Assembly: GCF_006345805.1 (NCBI RefSeq)
Contig: NC_042998.1
Coordinates: 199,020,001-199,084,000 of the forward strand
DNA length: 64,000 nucleotides
Direction: 5' to 3'
Source of the DNA: Octopus sinensis
Lineage: Eukaryota
Shown: positions 12,801 through 24,824 of the stretch, in pieces
How positions within the stretch are numbered: position 1 is the first letter of the stretch
Layout of the letters: every line of letters starts with the position of its first letter
Made by a program: the position numbers and the translations under genes
Notes under the pieces: model-generated
Database searches by the model: none
What the model was told of the DNA's origin: nothing
Seen by the model: only the letters and a program-made list of their open reading frames with translations

Positions 12801-13244
12801 CTGTACCTAATCGCTTCTGCTTTTACTGCTCTCTTGAGGGCAAACAACTATTTGTTGTTGATGATGGCTCCCGTCAAAGCCCTCTTTACTAGTGTGCTAA
12901 TCCGGTCTCTGAAAACTTGTCTGGACGGGAATGAGGCGTTCAGTTTCCAGTACCCAGGACCCTGTCTATGGTGCCTTATCTAAGTCTAGCGTACACGTCA
13001 CCAATTTGTGATCCGGTAGCTGACTGTGTGAATTGTGGACATCCTAAGTTATCCTTGTCTACTGTCCTACACAGTATCCTATCTAGATACGATCTCGACG
13101 ACCCACTGCGGTTGCTCCATGTCCACGTTGGTGCATTTGGGTGGTCGAGTCGGTACCTGTCAGACAGTTGGAATCGTCTGAGCAGGTCTCTGAGGCATTT
13201 GCATCCCCTTCTGTTTCTGTCTCTACCCACGTAGTCTACATGCG

Positions 13245-13245
<1 letters not shown>
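9861..13245 (-). mobile_element. Tx1-clade LINE copy 1 (subfamily A), 5'-truncated within the APE domain, ORF2 frameshifted
   Basis: APE tail SYLDRILCR and GPGYWKLNAS; RT motifs NFRPITLLNADLKIL, DQSKAFDRVDH, RQGCPLS, AYADD; CCHC TCPRCGQSDETALHAIVQC; 3' UTR ends AATAAAGAAACAT directly in (ATCT)n. Confidence 0.95.
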
Positions 13246-13329
<84 letters not shown>

Positions 13330-13373
13330 TGATAGATAGATAGACAGACAGACAGAAAGATAGATAGACAGAA

Positions 13374-13435
<62 letters not shown>

Positions 13436-13436
13436 G
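13246..13436. repeat. (GATA)n microsatellite; right flank of Tx1 copy 1
   Basis: Directly visible. Confidence 0.95.
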
Positions 13437-13452
13437 TATATATATATATATA

Positions 13453-13490
<38 letters not shown>

Positions 13491-13728
13491 ACCTATGTAT
13501 TCACATTGACATTCACTTACCTATACATACATATTTCTCTTTAAATGTACTCACATGTACATATGCGTTAAAGTATGCACATATACACACAAATATATAC
13601 GGATACATATGTACCTGCTCAGCCGCGCGCACACACACGTACATCTAGTGAACGCATCAGCTATTTCTGAACAAAATTCTAGTACAAGGAAAATAAAAAT
13701 ATTTACTAGAAAGATGAATGTATTTCTA

Positions 13729-14620
13729 TAGAATTTGGTATACATATTTCTTGGTATACGATATGTAATCGACTTAATCCGTTTTTCTGTCCTTGTTTGT
13801 CCTCTCTGTGTTTAGCCCCTTATGGGTAGTAAAGAAATAGGTATTTCGTCTGACGCTACGTTCTGAGTTCAAATTCCGCCGAGGTCGACTTTGCCTTTCA
13901 TCCTTTCGGGGTCGATTAAATAAGTACCAGTTACGCACTGGGGTCGATGTAATCGGCTTAATACCTATGTCTGTCCTTGTTTGTCCCCTCTGTGTTTAGC
14001 TCCTTGTGGGTAATAAAGAAATAGGTATTGTGGGAGTGTTTGATGATCTCCCTCTCAACGACGTCCCAGATGTAGTAGTCCAGGGGTTAAACCAGGAGAG
14101 CAAGGAGGTGAAATTCTAGGGGTAAACTGACCATGGAAATCCTCGGCCGTCTCCTCCTGGCTCATACGGGTTGTGTGAGAGGGAGCAGTCTTGAATGGAA
14201 ATGTACGGCCTTGTCCCCGAGCAACTTTATCCGGAACATCGATTCTAAGACCTTGTGGGGGAAAAGAGTGGAGGCATGGCGTGGTTCTCATGATTCTCGT
14301 AGAGGATGCATTGGATTTTCTGGACCAACTCGACTTTTCTGAGAAAATCTGATCGTCGGGAAAGTTTTTTTTTTCATTTGGTCACGGAAGCCACATTCCC
14401 GCCAGAGCCCAGAAGCTCTTTTCTGATCTTAAACACAGAGGACCTGGTGACATTTAAAACGGTTATAGTCTTAGATTCACAGTAGTAGCTAAGGTAACGA
14501 GAAGAGCATGCTTTTTCATCGTCTACATTAGATTCGAAGCTTTCACGTGGGAGACTGCAAAAGAAAGGATACACTATATGTGTATTCTATATAATGTTAA
14601 CCTAAGTTCTATAAGCTCAT
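13729..14620 (-). mobile_element. Decayed Tc1/mariner-like element copy A, interrupted by SINE units
   Basis: APSHTT..SPPCSPGL.P matches the APAH..WPPSSPDLNP catalytic region; end sequences shared with the copy at 16560. Confidence 0.75.
13760..14023 (+). mobile_element. SINE family 1, partial unit plus one full body unit
   Basis: Same ~184-bp body as 23120-24221; ends aaagaaata joined to ggtatt of the transposon. Confidence 0.85.
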
Positions 14621-14873
14621 AATAGCCCTAAGAGGTACTACCCTATATAGTTAAAAAAATGATACCTTTTTTTAGTATTTACCAAATGTGTAGAATTCCA
14701 TTTCAACTAGGAGATAGTACTGAAACATATATGCAGGTTTTTCACGTTTTTTTAGCTTTTCAACTTATAATTAATTTATTTGTATTGTTATGTTTGAAAA
14801 AAAAACTTTTCAACTTTTTTATGTCATACAAATAAATTATTCATGCATCCACTTCTCTCCAACTTATTTTCTC

Positions 14874-14933
<60 letters not shown>

Positions 14934-15000
14934 TGTATGTATGTATGTATGTATGTATATATATATATGTATGTATGTATGTATGCATGTATGTATGTAT

Positions 15001-15042
<42 letters not shown>

Positions 15043-15066
15043 TATATATATATGTATGTATGTATT

Positions 15067-15472
15067 TTTTCCTCTAGTTTCAGCTCAGAGCTGCGGCCAT
15101 GCTGATGCACCGCCGTTTTGTGCTACACTGTTATTACGAAGAACCTCATCTAATATGTGGCACTTGGTGAAGAATGGAGTTTCATATAGCTACTCTCATT
15201 TGCACCTCTTGCCGTGAGGTAGGTTCATCTGGGACTCTTGACAGGAAGATGTCCAGCTTTGATTTAAAAACCGCTACATCTACTTTGTGCAAGTTCCTCA
15301 GACTCTTTGGGAGAATATTAAAAAGCTGTGGGCCCTCGAAACCCAGGCTGTTGCAGAAGCTGATCCTGAAGCGTGATGGCATTGCTGGGATCTTTGGCAC
15401 TATGCAGTGTCGTCCCATTCTAGCATTGGTGTAGCTTACAATGCCAAAATTTGGCACAATTCCTTCCAGGAT

Positions 15473-15474
<2 letters not shown>
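15067..15474 (-). mobile_element. CR1-like LINE 3' end (ORF C-terminus 15182-15457 plus 3' UTR)
   Basis: GPQLFNILPKSLRNL..VAVFKSKLDIFLSRVPDEP is typical of invertebrate CR1-group C-termini; 5'-truncated at (TA)n. Confidence 0.75.
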
Positions 15475-15521
<47 letters not shown>

Positions 15522-16518
15522 TTGCAGGAATTCCCGTCGTTAACTGGGTTCGGAGAGAAATTATACCCTGGTTTATGAAAGTTACTGCTTCAATATTATT
15601 GAATATTTTGTAGCGGAATAACCGCAAGCTCTTATTGCGAAGCTTCGGTCCAAAAAGTTATAATATAGTCTAAAATACTATTGAACTCAATACTCGTTTA
15701 TCCTTAAAAAAATATTGTTCCCAATCATGTAGATGATAAATTTCTATGCATTCTTATAATTCAAAAGAAAAGAATGCCAGTTTTTGTGTAAAAGAGGTTC
15801 TTACATTAACCAGATATAATCATGGTTGCGTACAAACTTCTTATTCTTTATCTCAATATTCTGATTTATAAATTGAAGCAACCATCTCATAGACTGCGGC
15901 TTTTGCATATAGAATGCAAGTAAATAAGAGCTTGAGGAAAATTATAAAGACTACATATTGCACTGTTTATTCAAGAATCACAACAAACACTAGCAATTAA
16001 ACATGTATTATCATAGTAATGTAACATCCTCATTATAACTATTTTTGATGCTTAACAAATCAAATATGAATCTGGCAAACTTTGTACCAAGGACATGGTT
16101 GCATAAATATATAAATAGGTTTTTAAAAATAAAGAAAGTAAAGCAATTACAAATGGAAAATGAGAAATAATTAAAACTCTGAAACATGATGATATATGAA
16201 GAGTTTCAAGAAAAAACATTACATAGGTTCTAATTGATCTCCAATATGATAATGGAAGGATTTTACTAATGGGTTATTCATAACCCTAAAGATTATACAA
16301 AAAGATACTATTATATGTAAAAAACAAAACGACATAGAAATCGTTTTTCATATTATCAGGGTTTGGCTTTGTGAATCTCTTTATAAATATATTTAACAAT
16401 GTACAATTATTAGTTTGTTAATTGCTCAGAAAAAAACTTCCTTATAGACAATATTTCGAGTTTTACCATTAGGGGTGAATGTGAAAAGGTTTTTCTTACT
16501 CCCTACACTAGAAGCACC

Positions 16519-16559
<41 letters not shown>

Positions 16560-16562
<3 letters not shown>

Positions 16563-17316
16563 AATTTGGTATACATATTTCTGCATACACTCAGCAAAAG
16601 ACTAGTCAATAAAACCACCATCGTCATCGATCACTGCCTCAATGCAGCTTGTGAAACGACTAACAGGCGATTTTTATTCATGTTGGCCATAACGTCTCCA
16701 GTAGCATCAATGAGTCCTTGGTATTGTGGGAGTGTTTGATGATCTCCCTCTCAACGACGTCCCAGATGTAGTAGTCCAGGGGTCTAAACCAGGAGAGCAA
16801 GGAGGTGAAATTCTAGGGGTAAACTGACCATGGAAATCCTCGGCCGTCTCCTCCTGGCTCGTACGGGTTGTGTGAGAAGGAGCAGTCTTGAATGGAAATG
16901 TACGGCCTTCTCCCCGAGCAACTTTATCCGGAACATCGATTCTAAGACCTTGTGAGAAAAGGTGAGGAGGCATGGCGTGGCTCTCATGATTCTTGTTGAT
17001 GATGCACTGGACTTCCTGGACCAACTCGTCTTTTCTGAGAAAATCTGACCGTCGGGAAAGTTTTTTCTTTCATCTGGCCACGGAAGCCACATTCCCGCCA
17101 GAGCCCAGAAGCTCTTTTCTAGTCTTAAACACGGAGGACTTGATGACATTTAAAACGGTTATAGTCTTAGATTCACAGTAGCAGCTAAAGTAACAAGAAC
17201 AGCATGTCTTTTCATCGTCTACATTAGATTCGAAGCTTTCACGTGGGATACTGCAAAAGAAGGGATACACTATGTGTGTATTCTGTTTAATGTTAACCTA
17301 AGTTCTATAAGCTCAT
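16560..17316 (-). mobile_element. Decayed, internally deleted Tc1/mariner-like (maT-like) element copy B
   Basis: Across frameshifts: APSHTTRTSQE..SPGL.PLDYYIWDVVERE..SRFTSCIEAVIDDDGGFID*; colinear with copy A. Confidence 0.8.
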
Positions 17317-17539
17317 GGCCTGCTCGCTTAGCCAGCGGGGTGGCGTCATTCAAAGGCTAAAACAATGCGAACGCATTGTGACCAGCGATGTGTAACAACA
17401 TCTGATGGTCTGGTCGGTCACGTGATCACGTAATATATAATATATATATATACAACTTAACCTTTAAATGTATTTTTAATATGCTGGCTATTGATAGAAT
17501 TTTTTTCGAAAATTTCTATCCTATATTAGATGTATATAT

Positions 17540-18058
17540 AACTTAAGGCGATGGCCTCATGGAGCTAATAAGCGGACAGCTTTTTTCTTATTTTTATAAG
17601 AATGCCATATTAGTATGGCGATAACTATTATTTTCCGGGAACGCTGCCGCTGTTCTCTTTTAGAGAGACTTAGTTATTTTAATATTTCTATTATTGAAAA
17701 CAAGTGGATGTATTCCACCGAAACTAGGTAAATAAAACCATCGAACAGAGATTGTCGGAAGCGACACCTACTGGCTGGCTACGCTGCTGATTGAAAAGGG
17801 GCAATACCCCGAAACGCGTCTGTAGCTGCCGGTCAAGTAGTGTGGAGCGACTGACCTCCCTTGTTCGAAGGTTATATGGATACAGTTTGTGTATCAAATA
17901 GCTAACTTAAGGCGATGGCCTCATGGAGCTAATAAGCGGACAGCTTTTTTCTTATTTTTATAAGAATGCCATATTAGTATGGCGATAACTATTATTTTCC
18001 GGGAACGCTGCCGCTGTTCTCTTTTAGAGAGACTTAGTTATTTTAATATTTCTATTAT
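17540..18058. repeat. Two 155-bp direct repeats (17540-17694, 17904-18058) around a 209-bp spacer
   Basis: Both begin aacttaaggcgatggcctcatggagc and end aatatttctattat; essentially identical by eye. Confidence 0.9.
17778..17826 (+). ncRNA. Minimal type I hammerhead ribozyme-like motif, degenerate core
   Basis: GCTAC..CTGATTGAAAA GGGG caata CCCC GAAAC GC GTC|TGTAGC: stem II, GAAA, palindromic ACGCGT stem III, stem I GCTAC/GTAGC. Confidence 0.5.
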
Positions 18059-18081
18059 ATATATATATATATATATATATA

Positions 18082-20471
18082 ATAATAAATATTAGGGAAT
18101 AAATCCAAATTTACAGGGAAAAAATCAGATTTAGGATTAAATCGATTTTATATTAAAATATTATAAAATATTATTCGAGACAAAACCACTATTTTGCAAA
18201 ACAAACAAGGAAAGACTTAATTAATACATAAAATTTTAATAAATAGTCAAAAAAACCGCCACTACAATCGTTTCTTGTCTTGATCGACAATCTTCAGGTG
18301 GACTTCCAATCTAAAAAATCAATATTTTAAAATATAAAAATAATAATTTTAAAATAATTAAAGTATGAATGAAAAAATATAAGTATATAATCCATATATA
18401 ACCTATCTATAATCCATATATAAAAATATATAAACAATATATAAACTAAAAAAACCTATCAACAATTAAATATAAAAATAAAATATAAAATATAAAATAT
18501 AAAATATAAAATATAAAACAAAACAAAAAAAAATAATAATAATAATATAATAATAAACTATATATACACCCATACGCATATACCTAATTATATATAACCA
18601 TATCTAACTACAACACTAAATCACACACCTATATATATATCTCTATACATACACATAAAAATGTCTAGGCAACTATAAATAAATAAAATAGCTAAATACT
18701 TCAACACAATACTTATTCATACTCCCACACACACAACATATACAACCCACATTCACGCTCTAGAAAACGGACATCACTCAAAACTATGAACGGAGAAATG
18801 GAATAAATGGAATTAAAATTATTCACTTGGTAAAACGAACACTACTTAAAAATTATGAATGAAACAATGGCAAAAACAACAGACATCGCAAATAGACACA
18901 AATTACTACAAATTCCTTATCAAACCTACCATGATAACCAAAACTCATAAAAACATATAATGATAAAATCTCCCTTTACTAAACTCTATAACAAACCTAT
19001 ATAGCAATCCCCCTAACCTAAACATTCACACACAAATACACACACGTAAACCACACACCCACGACATATACAAATACCCACACCACTTACACATACCAAT
19101 ACATACATTAAACCTCAACATATACTCCAAAAACCCACTCAACCCCACACAGACAAATAAACACAAAAATTATGAATAGATTCTTTTATAAAACTACCAT
19201 GATAAGCTAAAACTCACAAAACAGAAATGATAAAACCTCCCTTTACTAAACACTAAAACATACTTATATAGCAATTCCTTTAACCTATACATTCACACAC
19301 AAAACCACTCGTAAACCACACACCCATAACAAATACAAACTCCCACCCCACTCACACACACCCAGAAGTACATATAAGCCTCAACATATACACCAAACAA
19401 AATTACTTTACCAAGGAACTTAACATATATATAAAAAGTATAACCGCTCTGGAAACGAACATCTCTAAATAATGAATGATGGAGAAATGGAATAAATGGA
19501 ATTAAAAATAAAATTCACGTGGCAAAACGAACACCACTCAAAAATTATGAATGAAACAATGTAATAAAACAACCAACATCGAAAATAGACAAATTACCAC
19601 GAATTCCCTAAAAAAACCATGATAAACCAAAACTCCTAAAAACATATAACGATAATCTCCCTTTGCTAAACTCTATAACAAACCTATATAGCAATCTCCC
19701 TAACCTAAACATTCACACACATATACACACTCGTAAATCACAGACCCACGACTTATACACATACCTATACTAACTTATAAACCTCCATATACACCAAAAC
19801 CCACTCCCTCCCACACAGACAAATTAACACATACATCCCAAAACCTAATAACAAACCCATATACACATTCACACACAAACACACACACACGCAAAACACA
19901 CACACACATCAGATACATATACACCCTCACATATACGCATATACATACTCACTAAACTCGATATATACAACAATATTTACACACTCACACTCATACAGAT
20001 AAATAAATTAAACAACTAAAAACTCGCACACAATCTCATATACATAAACACACCTATGAAAACAACATTAAATACATCGTAATTAACCAGAATATCAAAA
20101 ATAACAATATGACATAAGGATAAATAAAATACATACTTACAATTCAGTGTCAAATTATGAAGTGAAATTAAATTCTTAGCCGTTAAAAAAATCAAAACAA
20201 AATTACGTTACCATAGAAATAACTTATGTAAAAAAAGAATACGCGCCATGGAAAGTAAACGGTCATTTAAATTATGAATGGAGAAATAGGAAAATGGAAC
20301 TAAAAACTATATCCACGTGGCAAACCAACACTACTTAAAAAAATTTATTATGAATGGATTCTTTAAAAAAAACTACCATGAAAAATCATTATATACATCT
20401 ATGAACTTTAGCTCACCTTAGCATCTCTTTGTTTTGCAAAATAGTGGTTTTGTCTCGAATAATATTTTATA
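18082..20471. mobile_element. (TA)n-flanked, probably Penelope-derived non-coding element with a 44-bp inverted repeat and internal degenerate repeats
   Basis: Perfect IR 18162-18205 / 20428-20471; hammerhead at 18259-18301; ggagaaatggaataaatggaattaaaa-like motif near 18790, 19480 and 20280. Confidence 0.5.
18259..18301 (-). ncRNA. Minimal type I hammerhead ribozyme
   Basis: Minus strand CCAC CTGAAGA TTGTC gatcaa GACAA GAAAC GATT GTA|GTGG: intact CUGANGA/GAAA core, 5-bp stem II, 4-bp stem I, GUA cleavage triplet. Confidence 0.75.
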
Positions 20472-20472
20472 T

Positions 20473-20524
<52 letters not shown>

Positions 20525-21355
20525 ATTTCTGATTGCATGTAGGTGAAACATGACAAAATTAAGTCAAACATGGATTTAAAAAAACAGCTTTTTTTTATAA
20601 AATTATACATTCTTTAGACACAGAACTACTCACTGTCGATCGTTGTATTGGTTTACGCTCAACTGATGAGTCAGGTGTTCAGACTGACGGTGATATGGTA
20701 AGCTAAGTATGTTTTGCTTATTGAAATATTCCTTTTCTCATGCATAAAATTACGTTGCAAAGTCTATAATGAGATATGCATTGTTGAAGTTTTGTAGTAC
20801 ACTTATTCCAATAACACATACTTAAATTCTATGTATCTTCCATGAAAAGTGGATGCATTTGCACTTTCAAAAGGGCTTTGTCCCGTGATAGAAGCCCCAT
20901 TAAGGGGAGGGGGTTAAATAATATTGTAAAATTGGGAAATTTTGGAAATCGTCTTTATTCAGTACCTGGTAGTTATGTTTATTTTCATTGAAATCGGAGG
21001 TATTTGAAATTTCACGGGGGGTGTCTGCTCCCCTTTAAGCCCCCTAATCGCAATGGAAAGTAAATTTTATGTAGCTCATCGTCTTTCTCGTAAAATTTTT
21101 CATGAGAGTTTTTATGTATCTTCTGTTCCCCTTTCATCCTATAGATGTACAGACACACAGACGCTGAGCTTTATTATATAAGATATATATGTGTGTGTGT
21201 ATGTGTGTGTGTGTATGTATGTATGTATGTATGTATGTATGTATGTATGTATGTATGTATGTATACTTATTTTGGCGTCATAATTTGCAAAACTCCACAC
21301 TTATCTGCACATACTTTAACACGAACAAAATGCGTAATCCAAATGTGCATATGTG

Positions 21356-21407
<52 letters not shown>

Positions 21408-22146
21408 CATATATGTATGTGTGTGCATGTATGTATTATGTATGTATATGTATGTATACATGTTTGTGTGTGTGTGTTTGTAAGTGTGTGTGTGTGCGCA
21501 CGCTCACACACATATTCTGTATGGATGTGCATGTACACATAGGAGTGTATTTGTTTTTATATCTACAAACCGGATGTGCACGGGCGTTCTCACATAAAAT
21601 AATTAACGAATTAATCAATCCATAGTGAACGCAGTTCATTATAAAGAAGCCAGGGTTAATGAAAAGTGGAAGGAGACAACAATGATCTGTATATTTATTT
21701 ATCCTAAAATCCTGTATAGTCTCGTGTATCTTCCTGTATTCTCATTCATGATGACGACGCGTATCAACGGTCCCATGTGGCAGGTGGGATAATTGTTGAA
21801 CGAGTTCTTTTTGCATAAAATCAATATTAGCTTTGATAACCCACAGATATATAAAATTTTCTCTACCAATGCGGTGTTGAGCACTCATTTTCACTGTTAG
21901 ATATTAGTGTGTATATCTATTTTTGAATACACACACACACACACACATGAATCTAAATCTTTTAGATATCACCTCAACTTCTATATTATTTGTAAGCTAC
22001 TGACGTCGCGCCTTCAACAACAAAGTTGTGAGTGTGAAAATGTATTTGAAGACATCTAATGTTTAAATTTGTTTAATGTATGAGCATCTTATCTTTCAAA
22101 TGCTAACATGTAAGTATTATATATATATATATATATTATATATATA

Positions 22147-22194
<48 letters not shown>

Positions 22195-22208
22195 TTGTAC
22201 ACCTGTAC

Positions 22209-22380
22209 CGCTTGACAGCTGGTGTTGGTTTGTTTATGACCCTGTAAGTCAGCCCTTCGGCAAAAGAAGAGACCGAATAAGTACCAAACTTAAAAAGATG
22301 CACTGGAATCGATTTCTTCGACGAAACTCTTCATGGTGGTGCTCAAGCATGGCCGCAGTCCAATGACGGAAAGAAGACAA
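22209..22380 (+). mobile_element. SINE family 2, 3' half
   Basis: cttgacagctggtgttggt..cggcaaaag..aataagtacc..ggtggtgctcaagcatggccgcagtc, as in 8200-8388. Confidence 0.6.
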
Positions 22381-23071
22381 GAAAAAAAGCAAGTGCTGAG
22401 ATGGGAAAAATTATGAAATTATAATGTATCATTCGTCATTCATCCTTTGTGCAGTTTCTTTTGAATAATCCGATTTTTCACTCCTAAACCAAAGCTAGAA
22501 CTAATTTTTAACCCGTGACTCGGTCTATAGTTCTAATCTAGACCAAATCCCTAAGAACTACTTCCAAACCACTATTGCAAAGCTATTTTCCATTCCTCTT
22601 ATTATTACTTTGACTCTGGAGGGTGTTTCAATGTCGTATACTAGACCCACGAGAATAGCACTCAAATCTTCCTCAAACCACACTTGACCTTCAAGCCACA
22701 ACTTACCTATTACAAAGAACACTCTGGATAATGTTGACCGAGGTATATTATATGTAAAAGGAGCATTTAAAATGATGACAGTGGCTACGTCTGGAGTGTT
22801 TTTAATCTCACAACTCGAACAGTACCAGCTTGGAGCTATACAACATCACAAACCATTCATCTAATTCTTCTTCTAAGTTGCAGATCTATCATCAAATATT
22901 CCTAACCCATATTTGTTCTCACAAAGCTTAGGATTTCTCAGTGGGACCAGAAAATACATTTTTCATCAGTTGATAAACTTCTACAAAGCTCAAGTAACAG
23001 CCATGTTGCAGTTTTTCCGCGATGACATCATTCACTAAAGATTCACAGACCTGTACGCTACAATCTCAAAA

Positions 23072-24221
23072 AGGCGGCGAGCTGGCAGATATGTTAGCGC
23101 GCCGGGCGAAATACTTAGCGGTATTTCGTCTGCCGTTACGTTCTGAGTTCAAACTCCGCCGAGGTCGACTTTACCCTTAATCCTTTCGGGGTCGATAAAT
23201 AAGTACCAGTTATGCATTGGGGTCGATATAATTGACTTAATTCGTTTGTCTGTCCTTGTTTGTCCTCTCTGTGTTTAGCCCCTTATGGGTAGTAAAGAAA
23301 TAGGTATTTCGTCTGCCGTTACGTTCTCAGTTCAAATTCCGCCGAGGTCGACTTTACCTTTCATCCTTTCGGGGTCGTTAAATAAGTACCAGTTATGCAT
23401 TAGGGTCGATATAATCGACTTAATTCGTTTGTCTGTCCTTGTTTGTCCTCTCTGTGTTTAGCCCCTTATGAGTAGTAAAGAAATAGGTATTTCGTCTGCT
23501 GTTACGTTCTCAGTTCAAATTCCGCCGAGGTCGACTTTGCCTTTCATCCTTTCGGGGTCGATTAATTAAGTACCAGTTACGCACTGGGGTCGATGTAATC
23601 GACCTAATACCTATGTCTGTCCTTGTTTGTCCTCTCAATGTTTAGCCCCTTATGGGTAGTAAAGAAATAGGTATTTCGTCTGCCGTTACGTTCTGAGTTC
23701 AAATTCCGCCGAGGTCGACTTTACCTTTCATCCTTTCGGAGTCGATTAAATAAGTACCAGTTATGCATTGGGGTCGATATAATCGACTTAATTCGTTTGT
23801 CTGTCCTTGTTTGTCCTCTCTGTGTTTAGCCCCTTGTGGGTAGTAAAGAAATAGGTATTTCGTCTGCCGCTACGTTCTGAGTTCAAATTCCGCCGAGGTC
23901 GACTTTGCCTTTCATCCTTTCGGGGTCGATTAATTAAGTACCAGTTACGCACTGGGGTCGATGTAATCGACTTAATACCTATGTCTGTCCTTGTTTGTCC
24001 CCTCAATGTTTAGCCCCTTATGGGTAGTAAAGAAATAGGTATTTCGTCTGCCGTTACGTTCTGAGTTCAAATTCCGCCGAGGTCGACTTTACCTTTCATC
24101 CTTTCGGAGTCGATTAAATAAGTACCAGTTATGCATTGGGGTCGATATAATCGACTTAATTCGTTTGTCTGTCCTTGTTTGTCCTCTCTGTGTTTAGCCC
24201 CTTGTGGCTGGTAAAAAAATA
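23072..24221 (+). mobile_element. SINE family 1 concatemer: head plus six ~184-bp body units, TSD-flanked
   Basis: Units start at 23120, 23303, 23486, 23670, 23854, 24038; B box GTTCAAATTCC in each; TSD tgtacgctacaatctc (23052-23067) / tatacactacaatctc (24222-24237). Confidence 0.9.
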
Positions 24222-24470
24222 TATACACTACAATCTCTAGCCCAAATATTTTCTTTGCTTTCTTTTAACACTCCTACAAAAGATTCTGTTCCTCTACCTT
24301 TAATCCTGATTATCCGACGTACTAATCCTTATTTCTCAATTCACTCTTTCCGCCCCCCACCCCCAACACCCTCAAATCCCACACAAAATATTTTCCCCAA
24401 TTATTCTTCCTCGTTACTGCAGTCCCAGTCCCATTTCCCTTTCACCATCCTCTCAATACCTACAATTGTC

Positions 24471-24824
24471 TCTACGTTCTGAGTTCAAATTCCGCCGGGG
24501 TCGACTTTGCCTTTCATCCTTTCGGTGTCGATAAATTAAGTACCAGTTACGCACTTGGGTCGATATAATCGACTTAATCCGTTTGACTGTCCTTGTTTGT
24601 CCTCTCTTTGTTTAGCCCCTTGTGGGTAGTAAAGAAATAGGTATTTTGTCTGCCGCTACGTTCTGAGTTCAAATTCCGCCGAGGTCGACTTTGCCTTTCA
24701 TTCTTTCGGGGTCGATAAATTAAGTACCAGTTACGCACTGGGGGCGATATAATCGACTTAATCCGTTTGTCTGTCCTTGTTTGTCTTCTCTGTGTTTAGC
24801 CCCTTGTGGGTAGTTCAAAATAAG
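24471..24824 (+). mobile_element. 5'-truncated two-unit SINE family 1 insertion with 15-bp TSD
   Basis: atacctacaattgtc at 24456-24470 and 24825-24839. Confidence 0.85.

Noticed and set aside
15520-16450. Minus-strand hydrophobic fragments (FIIYMIGNNIF) reminiscent of GPCR TM7
   Set aside because: AT-rich DNA yields such peptides by chance; cannot be supported without a translated search.
22500-23070. C/A-rich sequence possibly a decayed Penelope RT
   Set aside because: No motif could be read with confidence.
23120-24221. Regular repeat array resembling CRISPR or a tRNA gene cluster
   Set aside because: No unique spacers and eukaryotic context; units are SINE bodies with a B box but no complete cloverleaf.
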